Translations under genes and position numbers: made by a program
The notes under the pieces: generated by a model
Database searches by the model: none
The model's input: the letters and a program-made list of their open reading frames with translations, nothing else
Told to the model about the DNA's origin: nothing
Assembly: GCA_965218585.1 (NCBI GenBank)
Contig: CBDCLE010000005.1
Span: forward strand, 96,001-160,000
Reading direction: 5' to 3'
From: Terriglobia bacterium
GTDB taxonomy: Bacteria; Acidobacteriota; Terriglobia; 20CM-2-55-15
DNA: 64,000 bases
Shown here: one piece after another, positions 9,627-19,289 of the stretch
Layout of the letters: each line of letters opens with the position of its first letter
Numbering within the stretch: the stretch's first letter is position 1

Positions 9627-10499
9627 TCAGCGGCCCCCAGACCCCAACGTGTCGGCAAGAGTTGCCTCCCGGCTCGAGAACCACCAGTAACCGGTAAGAA
9701 AAACGACAATAGAGACCGCAGACGAAACAAAGAGCATCGGGGACGGCCCTTCCCCCACCCCCAGCAGCGCCCAGCGGAATCCTTCAATCACTCCGACCAT
9801 CGGATTCAAACCGTAGAGGATGCGCCATTGACTCGGAACAAGACTGCTGGGATATACGACGGGAGTCAGGAAAAGCCAGAACTGGCTCAGGAAAGGCAGG
9901 ATGTACATCACGTCCCTGTATTCTGCGTTCAGAGCAGAGAGCCAGAAGCCGACACCTGCGGCTGTGACCAGCATCAACAAGACGAACACGGGCAGCCACA
10001 CCACGGTGACCGACGGGGCGAACCCATAGAAGAACATCAGAACAAACAGCAGCCCGAGCGATAAAACGAAGTCGATCCCCGAAGCCAGAATCGTCGCTAA
10101 CGGGACAAGGATTCGAGGGAAGTATACCCGCGTAATCAACCTCTGGTCGGTGACGAGGCTCACCGCCGATTCCGAGATAGTGCGCGAGAAAAGGAGCCAG
10201 GGCATAAGAGCAACGTAGGCAAACAGGGAATAGGGGATGCCTTCGGAGGGAACCTCGGCGAGTCGGCCCAGAAAAAGAGTGAATACGATCATCATGGCGA
10301 TGGGCTGAAGAAGCGTCCATCCAATGCCGATCGCCGTCTGCTTGTACCGGACCTTGATATCGCGCCAGACCAGGAAGTAGACTAACTCCCTGAATCGCCA
10401 CAACTCGGCTATATCCAGAAGCTTCTGTGCCGGACGAATGACTGTCAGCAGCTCTTCAGAGTTGCTCGTCACCTGAGTATGCGTTTCGCTTCCGGACAT
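9627..10499 (-). CDS. wzm: Polysaccharide ABC exporter permease
   Basis: RELVYFLVWRDIKVRYKQT.IG..W, VYFPR, YRDV, TPVVYP and NPM motifs. Confidence 0.93.
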   Translation of the reverse strand: MSGSETHTQVTSNSEELLTVIRPAQKLLDIAELWRFRELVYFLVWRDIKVRYKQTAIGIGWTLLQPIAMMIVFTLFLGRLAEVPSEGIPYSLFAYVALMPWLLFSRTISESAVSLVTDQRLITRVYFPRILVPLATILASGIDFVLSLGLLFVLMFFYGFAPSVTVVWLPVFVLLMLVTAAGVGFWLSALNAEYRDVMYILPFLSQFWLFLTPVVYPSSLVPSQWRILYGLNPMVGVIEGFRWALLGVGEGPSPMLFVSSAVSIVVFLTGYWWFSSREATLADTLGSGGR

Positions 10500-10503
10500 T
10501 CAG

Positions 10504-10535
10504 GGAGTGGACCATGGAGTCCACAATCGTGTCAA
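10504..10535 (-). repeat. Right copy of the 32-bp inverted repeat, directly upstream of wzm
   Basis: The minus strand reads TTGACACGATTGTGGACTCCATGGTCCACTCC and ends 4 nt before the wzm ATG. Confidence 0.85.
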
Positions 10536-10562
10536 CCGAAGTGGGAGGCGGCGAAACCCGGC

Positions 10563-11504
10563 TCATTCATATCTCTTCACGCCTCCTTTAAGAATAGCTT
10601 TCGACAATAAGGTGTAGCCTTGAATGGTCTCTTTAGCCCGCCGCCATGATCCTTTCACGAGAGCATCGGCAATTCTCAACAGGAACTCTACGCTGAAGGT
10701 CAGCAGAACGATGCAACCGGTTCGGACTGCGCCCATGTGCTTGCGCGCATAGCGGAAACGACTCCTCAGAAGGTATGACAGGCGCCGGCCCTTGACCTGG
10801 TTGGATGTTCCTCCACTCTTGTGGTAGACCTCGGCCTCGGCCAGATAGAACGAGCGCCGGCCCGTTTGTCTGGCTCGCAGGGAAAAATCCAAGTCTTCCA
10901 GGTACACAAAGAATCTCTCATCGAACCCGTCGAGCGATTCAAAAAGATTTCGGGGCGTCAAAAAGAAAGCCCCCATCACATGATCCACTTCGCGGCTTTC
11001 ACCATGATCCCAGTCCCTCATGAAGAGGCCCGGAAAATGCCGGGGAAACAATTTGGCGAGACCCAGCATTTCGTTCAGAAGACGGGGGAATGACGGGAAA
11101 CGTACGCAACTGGGATGCGGACGTCCCTCCTCATCGACGAGCTTCACGCCAACGATCCCGATGCCTTGATCTTCTCCGCTCCGAAGACAAGCCACCGCCG
11201 CACCCAGAGCTCGGGGGTACACGCGCGTGTCCGGGTTGAGAAAGAGAAGCTGGTCCGCCCGACTGCCCTCCGCTCCCTGATTGCATGCCGCACCAAAACC
11301 GCGGTTCCCCTTGTTTCGAATCGTGGTGAGAGGCAGTCCGAGGGTTTCTATACCTTCTATGGAATCGTCGGTCGAAGCATTGTCGACTACGACGACACGA
11401 TCCAAACTCACACTTCCCTTTTCGGCCGCAACAGAACGGAGACAATCAGTCAGCTGTGCTCCGGCGTTCCAATTGACGATGATGATGTCTAAAGATGGAG
11501 ACAA
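10563..11504 (-). CDS. Glycosyltransferase family 2 (WbbL/rhamnosyltransferase-like)
   Basis: IIIVNWN, VVVDNASTD, N.GFGAACNQG, FLNPD and GFDERFFVYLEDLD motifs. Confidence 0.9.
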   Translation of the reverse strand: MSPSLDIIIVNWNAGAQLTDCLRSVAAEKGSVSLDRVVVVDNASTDDSIEGIETLGLPLTTIRNKGNRGFGAACNQGAEGSRADQLLFLNPDTRVYPRALGAAVACLRSGEDQGIGIVGVKLVDEEGRPHPSCVRFPSFPRLLNEMLGLAKLFPRHFPGLFMRDWDHGESREVDHVMGAFFLTPRNLFESLDGFDERFFVYLEDLDFSLRARQTGRRSFYLAEAEVYHKSGGTSNQVKGRRLSYLLRSRFRYARKHMGAVRTGCIVLLTFSVEFLLRIADALVKGSWRRAKETIQGYTLLSKAILKGGVKRYE

Positions 11505-11513
11505 GACGGCTTC

Positions 11514-13049
11514 CTAGGAAGACCTCTTCAAGAAACGTCTAGCCAGTCCATGAAAAGGACTCTTTTGATAAGCCCGTCTCGCCAGAGCCTTCATGCGAGG
11601 CCCAGGACCGGCCCACGGTGAGGCCTTCTTGAATTCTGACTGAAAAGGCTGGACGAAGTCCCGGTCAAGTTCCCGCACCTTCCTGGGAAGGAGCAGGGGG
11701 TCTTCAAGTTTGTTTTCAACCTGATAGAGAAGAGATGGCCGTACGTATTGCTCCCGGACACTTGCCCCAACCTCATCGCGCGAAATATATCCGTTCTCGA
11801 CGGCTTCAATCAGTTCCCGGACCCACAGGTATCCCAGGGAATTTTGCCGAGACACCCACGGCTGAGTCTCCATGTCCGTGTAGTGAATCAGCGCGGTCTC
11901 TCCTTCGCGATAGTTTTCCAGTGAATTCCATGTTCTGGGGATATCTGCCCGACTCTTCTTAGCGACCGCCACCCGATACATCAGGTCTTCGTAGGAAAGC
12001 TCTCCTCCATTCAGGCGTCGAACGATATCCCGTATGTTCCAATCGAGGGACTCACAGTCCAGCAACATCACGCTGAATTGTGGGACGCGGCCTAGCTTCG
12101 GATCCGGCTCCGCAGCAAGCACATCCGCCCCGTCGAAAGGGAGGGTCCACAACCCACGGATATCCCTGAACACCTGCATGTCCGAATCGAGGTAAATCGC
12201 ACGGCCCGTATATCCTGCGTACTCGGGGATCAGGAAACGCTGAAACGAAAAAGGAGTCCGTGGCCGGTCAACCTCTTTCTCAGGAAACGGAATATCGATT
12301 CCTGACAAATGGAGCGGAAACACTTCTACGCTAAGGCTGGCGTGTTTCTTGATCGAGTACTCCAGGACGCGAGCAGCCAACATCTGCGCTTCCGTGCTCG
12401 CCACATAGACACGAACTGGAGATTCTACGTCGAGTGGGGCGTAGTCCAACCCTGTCTTGTGAATGATCTTGGCAATCTCCTCAAACTGTATGTCGAAGGA
12501 CTGTTGCTTGTTGGACAGAAGCGTTTTGTCACGAAGATCGCCGAATTCGCCACTGTAGGTCGCACCCCCGTCCACACCCAACGAACGGATCGTCGTTACA
12601 CCTGCAGTGGTCAGTAGATTCAGGGCGGCTTCGGAGCTGAAATACCACACACCCACCACTGGGGACCCTTCCCGTATATCCCAACCCGTCCTGAGGTTGT
12701 ACCAGAGAAGTCTTCCCTCCTCGTCCATTCGCCTGAGAATTTGGTTTTCCTGGACCCACTCCGTTAAATTCTTTTTGCCAGGCCTGTTCTGAACATGAGG
12801 AACCCACGGCATCACCAGGACCGGCGCGTTCTTCTCCAGCGCCTCTCCACAGGCATCGACAACGTCATAGTCAATCATGTGGGCCACATCAACGGCCTGC
12901 TCGCGGACGACATGGTTGAGCGAGAGTGTCCGGAACCCCTCAGTATTGAACCGATCTCGGTTGGCGAAACTGGGTCCCTTACCCAGAACGAGCCAGGACT
13001 CTTCAGGCTTGATATTGCTTTCCTCGAACCAATCAAAAAAGCTTTTCAT
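11514..13049 (-). CDS. Two-domain putative glycosyltransferase (N-terminal Maf/DUF115-like domain plus C-terminal GT-A/GT8-like domain)
   Basis: N-terminal LVLGKGPS...LGVDG; C-terminal TPFSFQRFLIP, AIYLDSDM (DxD), SVMLLDC, WN.LE, LIHYT..QPW. Confidence 0.6.
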   Translation of the reverse strand: MKSFFDWFEESNIKPEESWLVLGKGPSFANRDRFNTEGFRTLSLNHVVREQAVDVAHMIDYDVVDACGEALEKNAPVLVMPWVPHVQNRPGKKNLTEWVQENQILRRMDEEGRLLWYNLRTGWDIREGSPVVGVWYFSSEAALNLLTTAGVTTIRSLGVDGGATYSGEFGDLRDKTLLSNKQQSFDIQFEEIAKIIHKTGLDYAPLDVESPVRVYVASTEAQMLAARVLEYSIKKHASLSVEVFPLHLSGIDIPFPEKEVDRPRTPFSFQRFLIPEYAGYTGRAIYLDSDMQVFRDIRGLWTLPFDGADVLAAEPDPKLGRVPQFSVMLLDCESLDWNIRDIVRRLNGGELSYEDLMYRVAVAKKSRADIPRTWNSLENYREGETALIHYTDMETQPWVSRQNSLGYLWVRELIEAVENGYISRDEVGASVREQYVRPSLLYQVENKLEDPLLLPRKVRELDRDFVQPFQSEFKKASPWAGPGPRMKALARRAYQKSPFHGLARRFLKRSS

Positions 13050-13222
13050 CCTTCTTCTCTGCGCTACAGCGACGCATTCAGCCTTTGTATTGTGACAGAT
13101 GAGCGCACCTCGACGGACGCCAAGAATGAAGATTTCACTGGATGATCGGCTGTCCCGGTTTCAAAATGTAACGGTTCATTAGACAATTGGCAGACTGACA
13201 GGCAAGCAAGCTCGGTTTCCTT

Positions 13223-14461
13223 ATGGCTTCGTTATCTACAAAGTCGATTCCGCCACTGGCTCCGGAAGGGTCCTCGGGCCTCGAATTGCTGGCCAGCCGG
13301 CAACCCGACGGTCGGAAGGCGAAGGTGTTTCACGTCATCACGAAACTGGAGCTGGGTGGCGCACAGAAGGTAACGTTGATGACCCTGGAGCGACTGTCAC
13401 GTGAATCGTACGAACTGGGCCTGGTGACCGGAGAGGAAGATCTTCTCGACGAACGTGCCGAGGGCATTCCCGATCTTGAAATATTCCACGTCCCGTCGCT
13501 CGGCCGAAACATTCACCCGATCAAGGACACGATTGCACTCTTCAACCTCTATCGGCTCTTCAGGCGAGAGAAACCAGACGTCGTCCACACCCACAGCTCG
13601 AAGGCGGGCATTCTCGGCAGGTGGGCCGCATGGCTGGCCGGTGTTCCAATCATCTATCACACAGCTCACGGCTTCGGTTTCAACGAAGATCAGCATACCC
13701 TGCGAAAGAACTTCTTCGTGTGGCTCGAGCGGCGAACCAAGAAAATAACGACTCAAATGGTCGTCGTCTCCAGATCGAACGAAAGAACAGCCCAAAACTA
13801 CCGAATACTCCACAAAGATGAAGCAATCTTGTGCCGGGATGCGATCTCACTGGATGAATTCCTGGAACCGGGACCGCGCAGGCAGAAACGAGCTTCCTGG
13901 GGGGTGCCTGATGGGAAAGCAGTTGTCGGAATGGTCGCCTGCCTGAAACCACAGAAATGCCCTGCGGATTTTGTCGATGTAGCTGCAGAGATACTTCAAG
14001 GCAGGGACGATGTCCATTTCGTGATGGCTGGAGATGGAGAACTCCGGTCCGAAGTCGAGCAGCGAATCAGGCACCACGGAATAGAAAGACACATAACATT
14101 ACTGGGATGGCAACGGGACATGCCCGAGGTATATCGCAATCTCGACATTGTCGTACTGACGTCGTTGTGGGAAGGCTTGCCCTGTGTGTTTTCCGAGGCG
14201 ATGGCAACAGAACTTCCGATAGTTGCGACTAACGTCGATGGAGCGGGGGAAGCCATAATGAATGGCGAGACAGGATTTCTTCACGAACGCCACGACATCA
14301 GAGGCATGGCCCAGTCGGTCAACACATTGCTTTCGAGCGCGGCAATGAGAAAGACAATGGGCGAGAAAGGACGGTCGCGCGTAGCCGAGTTCGATATCGA
14401 CACCGCGGTCGCCGTGCTGGAAGACTCCTACCGCGCTCATACGCTCGGCCTCGACGAATGA
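13223..14461 (+). CDS. Glycosyltransferase family 4 (start uncertain)
   Basis: HVITKLELGGAQK, PDVVHTHSSKAG and SLWEGLP..FSEAMA motifs. Confidence 0.9.
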   Translation: MASLSTKSIPPLAPEGSSGLELLASRQPDGRKAKVFHVITKLELGGAQKVTLMTLERLSRESYELGLVTGEEDLLDERAEGIPDLEIFHVPSLGRNIHPIKDTIALFNLYRLFRREKPDVVHTHSSKAGILGRWAAWLAGVPIIYHTAHGFGFNEDQHTLRKNFFVWLERRTKKITTQMVVVSRSNERTAQNYRILHKDEAILCRDAISLDEFLEPGPRRQKRASWGVPDGKAVVGMVACLKPQKCPADFVDVAAEILQGRDDVHFVMAGDGELRSEVEQRIRHHGIERHITLLGWQRDMPEVYRNLDIVVLTSLWEGLPCVFSEAMATELPIVATNVDGAGEAIMNGETGFLHERHDIRGMAQSVNTLLSSAAMRKTMGEKGRSRVAEFDIDTAVAVLEDSYRAHTLGLDE

Positions 14462-15489
14462 TCACCTATATCGCAGCCTTCATCCTGAGTCTCGTGTTCG
14501 GAATCTACTGGACACCGGTCATGGCCAAGGCAGCGACTCAACTGGGAATCGTCGATCATCCTGATGGCCAGCTCAAAGAACACGTTGCACCGGTACCCTA
14601 TCTGGGCGGACTCGCTGTGTTCACGTCGTTCCTCCTGACGGTTGGCGTCCTGACCGATTTCCAACAGCAGACTCTGGGATTATTGCTTTCGGCAACAATC
14701 ATTCTAATGGTTGGCCTGATTGACGATTTCGGTGTCATGACCGTTTCGCAGAAACTGCTGGGCCAAACTCTCGCCGCCCTGGTCCTGGTGAAATCCGGAA
14801 TCTATATCCGACTCGAGTTTGTGCCGTTTTATCTCGCGATTCCTCTTACGGTGATCTGGATCCTCGCTGTCACGAACGCCTTCAACATCATCGACATCCT
14901 GGACGGACTGGCCGCCGGTGTCGGCACGATAGCGGCACTGATCCTTGCTGCTGCCAATGTAATGGCCGACAGACCGTCGTTTGCATTGCTCTCGGTCGCG
15001 CTGGCAGGCGCGGCCCTCGGGTTTCTCCGCTACAACTTCAATCCCGCCAAAATTTACCTCGGTGACGCAGGCAGCCTTTTCCTTGGGTTCATGCTTGCCG
15101 CACTCTCGATGAATGCAGGTTACACGCGCATCAACCTCGTCGCCGTTATCGCTCCGGTGCTGATTCTTGGCATTCCGCTGTTCGACCTTGCTTTTGTTGT
15201 TTATGTTCGCTGGAGGAAGAACCTGCCCATAACACAGGGAAGTCCGGATCACTTCGCGCTTCGGCTCCGTCAGTGCCGGCTAAGCGTGCGCGAAACAGCC
15301 GTGACGACTTATGTCGCTTCAGCCATTCTCGGAGCTGCCGCCCTGGTCATGAGCCAGGTCACACTCGAATGGGCACTTGTCACGGTTTGCGCGATCGTTC
15401 TTCTGGGAGTCGTCTCAGCGTATCTGCTGATGAAGGTGGATGTGGGAAACCAGCCGACGGCACCGACGATCGAGCGAGAAGCCAGCTGA
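14458..15489 (+). CDS. Undecaprenyl-phosphate GlcNAc-1-phosphate transferase (WecA/TagO, MraY-like family)
   Basis: PYLGGLA, GLIDD, NAFNIIDILDGLA and NFNPAKIYLGDAGS motifs. Confidence 0.88.
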   Translation: MITYIAAFILSLVFGIYWTPVMAKAATQLGIVDHPDGQLKEHVAPVPYLGGLAVFTSFLLTVGVLTDFQQQTLGLLLSATIILMVGLIDDFGVMTVSQKLLGQTLAALVLVKSGIYIRLEFVPFYLAIPLTVIWILAVTNAFNIIDILDGLAAGVGTIAALILAAANVMADRPSFALLSVALAGAALGFLRYNFNPAKIYLGDAGSLFLGFMLAALSMNAGYTRINLVAVIAPVLILGIPLFDLAFVVYVRWRKNLPITQGSPDHFALRLRQCRLSVRETAVTTYVASAILGAAALVMSQVTLEWALVTVCAIVLLGVVSAYLLMKVDVGNQPTAPTIEREAS

Positions 15490-15499
15490 CCGGACACCT

Positions 15500-16804
15500 A
15501 TGAAGAAGAAGACTGTTGTCATTGGTGGAGGGTTGGCCGGTCTGAGCGGTGCGTTTCACCTCAAAGACTCCGAACCTGTTCTCTTCGAACGCGAAGAACG
15601 CGTCGGCGGGTTGTGCAGATCGTTTGTTCAGGACGGATTCACCTTCGATATTACAGGCCACCTCCTTCACCTGAAAAACCCATACACGCAGGAACTGGTC
15701 GAAGAGATGTTGCCGGGCGCATTTCACGCCCACGAACGCCAGGCCGCGATCTATTCCAAGTCGGTCACGACACCCTACCCGTTTCAGGCCAATACATACG
15801 GGTTGCCCGTTGAAGTGGTCAAGGAGTGCGTCGTCGGTTTTGTCGAAAGCCTGAACAGCAACCACACGGAATCGAAAAACTTCCACGAATGGGTCGTCAG
15901 AACCTTCGGCAGTGGAATTGCCAAGCATTTCATGCTGCCGTACAACGAGAAGTTCTGGAAACGAGACCTCCGAGAGATCACCGCCGACTGGGTCAGCTGG
16001 TCCATTCCAAAGCCAACCCTGGAAGAAGTCGTGAATGGAGCCCTGGGCGTGACGAACACGGGCATGGGATACAACCCACGCTTTTCATATCCCAGCCAGG
16101 GAGGCATCGAATGCTTGCCCAATGCACTCGCAGCTTCCCTGGACGCAATTCACACCGGCCATGTGCTGACAAGGGTCGACCCTCAAAACAAAGTTCTCTA
16201 TTTCGCGAACGGTAGAGAAGAAACCTACGATCACCTTCTGACGACGATCCCGCTTCCCCTCCTCTACGAGCTTCTCGAGGGCTCGCCTGAAAATCTTCGG
16301 GCAGCGGCTCACGGACTGCGGGCCATCACTGTGTTGAACATCAACATCGGCGTCGACAGGGATCGGATCAGCGATAAGCACTGGATCTACTTTCCAGAAG
16401 ACCGCTACGTCTTCTCAAGGGTCGGCTTTCCAATGAACTTCTCCTCGAGCGTTACGCCTGCGGGAACCAGCTCCGCTTATATCGAGATCACCCACGATCC
16501 TGCCGAATCCCAGGACGTGGAAGCGCTCTACGAACGCTCGATCCGTGATCTGGAGGCCTGTGGCATTTTGACGCCGGAGGATTCCATTCTGACCCGACAG
16601 GTTCTCCATATTCCGCAGGCTTACGTGGTGTTCGATCACCACCGACAGCGGCATCTGGAAGATCTCGTCCTTTATTTGAAGTCACTGGACATACACACTG
16701 CTGGAAGGTACGGGCAATGGGACTACTACTCCATGGAGGATTCCATCCTGAGCGGCAAGGCTGCAGCCGAAGCCATCACTGATACGATTGCGACCAGCGC
16801 GTAA
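15500..16804 (+). CDS. FAD-dependent oxidoreductase, UDP-galactopyranose-mutase-like (HemY/amine oxidase fold)
   Basis: GGGLAGL, VGGLCRS, GFTFDITGH, PYNEKFW and GRYGQWDY..MED motifs; the ATG at 15500 follows the wecA-like stop. Confidence 0.7.
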   Translation: MKKKTVVIGGGLAGLSGAFHLKDSEPVLFEREERVGGLCRSFVQDGFTFDITGHLLHLKNPYTQELVEEMLPGAFHAHERQAAIYSKSVTTPYPFQANTYGLPVEVVKECVVGFVESLNSNHTESKNFHEWVVRTFGSGIAKHFMLPYNEKFWKRDLREITADWVSWSIPKPTLEEVVNGALGVTNTGMGYNPRFSYPSQGGIECLPNALAASLDAIHTGHVLTRVDPQNKVLYFANGREETYDHLLTTIPLPLLYELLEGSPENLRAAAHGLRAITVLNINIGVDRDRISDKHWIYFPEDRYVFSRVGFPMNFSSSVTPAGTSSAYIEITHDPAESQDVEALYERSIRDLEACGILTPEDSILTRQVLHIPQAYVVFDHHRQRHLEDLVLYLKSLDIHTAGRYGQWDYYSMEDSILSGKAAAEAITDTIATSA

Positions 16805-17868
16805 TGAAAGTCCTTCTGTTATCCCGCTACAAACGATCGGGTAACTCGAGCCGTGTCAGGTCTTATCAGTATATGCCCTTCCTCGAACGCGAAGGAATCC
16901 AGGTCACCGAAGCACCTCTCTCGGGAGACGATTTCGTCAAAGATCTGTACGCCGGTAGACCTCGCAACGTTGCCTCAGTCTTCAGGTCCTATCTCGGGCG
17001 GCTTCAGGCCCTCGCCGAACTCAGACGCTTTGACCTGCTCTGGATAGAACGCGAGTTGTTTCCGTACGCACCTGCCCTGGCCGAATTTCTTATTTCTAAG
17101 ACACGCGTCCCTTACGTCGTCGACTACGACGACGCCATATTCCACAACTATGACCAACACGCCAATCCTTTGGTGCGCGCGCTGTTGGGACGGAAGATCG
17201 AGGGGATCATGCAGCACGCAAGGTTGGTCATCGTCGGAAACGGTTACCTCGGCCAGTACGCCGAGCGAGCCGGCGCCCGATGGATTGAGCAACTCCCCAG
17301 CGTGGTTGATTCTGACCGGCTTCGTCCTCCTGCCACGAGGGAAAACGAAACGTTCACGATCGGATGGATCGGAACTCCTCTGAACGCACCATACCTCCGT
17401 CTTGTCCAGGAATCGCTCGCCCAAGTCTGCGCCCAGGATCGTGCCCGCGTCGTTCTGGTCGGCTCCGGAGAGTTGACGCTCGAAGACGTTCCGCTCACAG
17501 TCCGTCCCTGGACCGAAGCCGGGGAAGTCGCCGACATTGGCAGTTTCGATGTCGGCATCATGCCGCTCCCGGACGCGCCCTGGGAACGTGGAAAGTGTGG
17601 CTACAAGTTGCTCCAGTATTTCGCATGCGGAGTGCCGGCTGTGGCATCACCGGTGGGAATCAATCGAACGATCGTCGAGGAGGGCGTCAACGGTTTCCTC
17701 CCATCGGGTCCGGATGAATGGTCACGTTCGCTCGAGGTTCTCAGGGACAACGAGCAAGAACGGCAGGCTATGGGAACCGCAGGCAGGGAGAGAGTAGAGC
17801 GGCAGTATTCTATAGGGATCACAGCCCCCAAACTCGCCGCCTTGCTTTCAAGAGCGGCAGGGGTTTAA
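16804..17868 (+). CDS. Glycosyltransferase family 4
   Basis: SSRVR.YQY, DYDDAIF, IGWIG and DVGIMPL....GKCGYKLLQY motifs. Confidence 0.9.
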   Translation: MKVLLLSRYKRSGNSSRVRSYQYMPFLEREGIQVTEAPLSGDDFVKDLYAGRPRNVASVFRSYLGRLQALAELRRFDLLWIERELFPYAPALAEFLISKTRVPYVVDYDDAIFHNYDQHANPLVRALLGRKIEGIMQHARLVIVGNGYLGQYAERAGARWIEQLPSVVDSDRLRPPATRENETFTIGWIGTPLNAPYLRLVQESLAQVCAQDRARVVLVGSGELTLEDVPLTVRPWTEAGEVADIGSFDVGIMPLPDAPWERGKCGYKLLQYFACGVPAVASPVGINRTIVEEGVNGFLPSGPDEWSRSLEVLRDNEQERQAMGTAGRERVERQYSIGITAPKLAALLSRAAGV

Positions 17869-17875
17869 CCGACGG

Positions 17876-19264
17876 TCAGCTCTTACCGTTGGAACTGATT
17901 TTGAACTTCCGCATGTAGTGGCGAAATGAGCGGTAAGGAATCCCCAAAAGTTCGGCGGCCCTTACCTGCACACCGTTCGTGCGTCGAAGCGCTTCCTGGA
18001 AATAGTCCTTTTGCATGTCCTCCACGTAGGAGTCCAAATCAAGGCCCTCAGGTGGAATGAGCGGAGCGGCTTTAGGCCGGGCTCCAACCCCGGACGGCGT
18101 CGACAGGTTTTCTTCCGTAATTTCGGTGGACGTTTCGAGTATGAACGCGCGTTCCATGGAGTTTTCCAATTCACGCACGTTCCCAGGCCAGCCATAGCTC
18201 TCCAGGTTTTTCAGGGCCTGGGGTGAAATGCTTTCGATCCGATTTCCCATGGACTGGTTCAGCCGCTCCAGGAAGTATTGGGCAAGAAGCGGGATGTCTT
18301 CCGCTCGTTCCCTTAGCGGAGGAGTTTCAAGTGGGAACACGCTGATTCTGTAAAAGAGATCTTCTCTAAACTTTCCTTCCGACACCATCGCCGACAAATC
18401 CTGGTTCGTCGCCGCAATGACCCGCACGTCTATCCCGATCTCGTCAGTTCCCCCAACCCGCCGGATCTTCCGTTCCTGCAACACCCTCAAGAGCTTCACC
18501 TGCATGGCCATGCTCGTCTCACCGATTTCATCCAGGAAAATCGTTCCCTTATCGGCTACTTCGAACAGGCCCTTGTGATCGCTCATCGCTCCTGTAAATG
18601 CACCTTTGATATACCCGAACAATTCGGATTCGAGCAGCGTTTCCGCCAGAGCTCCACAGTTTACGGAAACAAACGATTGCTCCGCCCTGGAGCTGTTCAG
18701 GTGGATCGCCTTGGCGGCGAGCCCCTTCCCCGTACCGCTTTCACCTGTTATCAGAACCGTACTGTTGGTGTCGCTGACGACTTCGATCATCCGAAACAAT
18801 TCCTGCATCTTTTCGCTACGACCGATGAGGTTACCCATTCCGTGCTGCTTCTTGAATTCCCGTTTTAGGTAGGTGTTTTCCTCACGCAAGCGCCGTTCTT
18901 CCAGTGCACGCCCGATGATGTGCTTCAACTCCTCCATGAAATTATCGGTCTTCAGGATGTAATCGAATGCCCCCATCTTGAGCGCCTGGATGGCCGTTTC
19001 TGTAGTCGCGTACGCAGTCAACAGAATGAATTCACCCGAAATCCCTTCCGAGCGCGATCGCCGTAGCAGATCGATGCCCGTCATGTCCGGCATCTTGATG
19101 TCTGAAACCACTACGTCGAAATCCTCCGTACGGATGTGTTCCAGCCCAATCTCGCCGCTTTCAGCCACCCTCACGTCGAAGCCTTCGCGTTCGAGAAAGA
19201 TCTGGAGCATCTCGCGGATTGAGAGTTCGTCGTCGACGACCAGTATTTTTGATTTGGGATTCAT
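17876..19264 (-). CDS. pilR: Sigma-54-dependent response regulator (PilR/NtrC family)
   Basis: Receiver domain (VVDDE, DIKMP), AAA+ GESGTGK, ESELFG..KGAFTGA, WPGNVREL and Fis-type HTH; lies after pilC-pilS. Confidence 0.85.
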   Translation of the reverse strand: MNPKSKILVVDDELSIREMLQIFLEREGFDVRVAESGEIGLEHIRTEDFDVVVSDIKMPDMTGIDLLRRSRSEGISGEFILLTAYATTETAIQALKMGAFDYILKTDNFMEELKHIIGRALEERRLREENTYLKREFKKQHGMGNLIGRSEKMQELFRMIEVVSDTNSTVLITGESGTGKGLAAKAIHLNSSRAEQSFVSVNCGALAETLLESELFGYIKGAFTGAMSDHKGLFEVADKGTIFLDEIGETSMAMQVKLLRVLQERKIRRVGGTDEIGIDVRVIAATNQDLSAMVSEGKFREDLFYRISVFPLETPPLRERAEDIPLLAQYFLERLNQSMGNRIESISPQALKNLESYGWPGNVRELENSMERAFILETSTEITEENLSTPSGVGARPKAAPLIPPEGLDLDSYVEDMQKDYFQEALRRTNGVQVRAAELLGIPYRSFRHYMRKFKISSNGKS

Positions 19265-19289
19265 ATCGGATTAGCAGGAAGCAGAATCA

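Noticed and set aside
13186-13205. Possible sigma-54 site TTGGCAGACTGACAGGC
   Set aside because: The GG-to-GC spacing is 11 rather than 10 nt.
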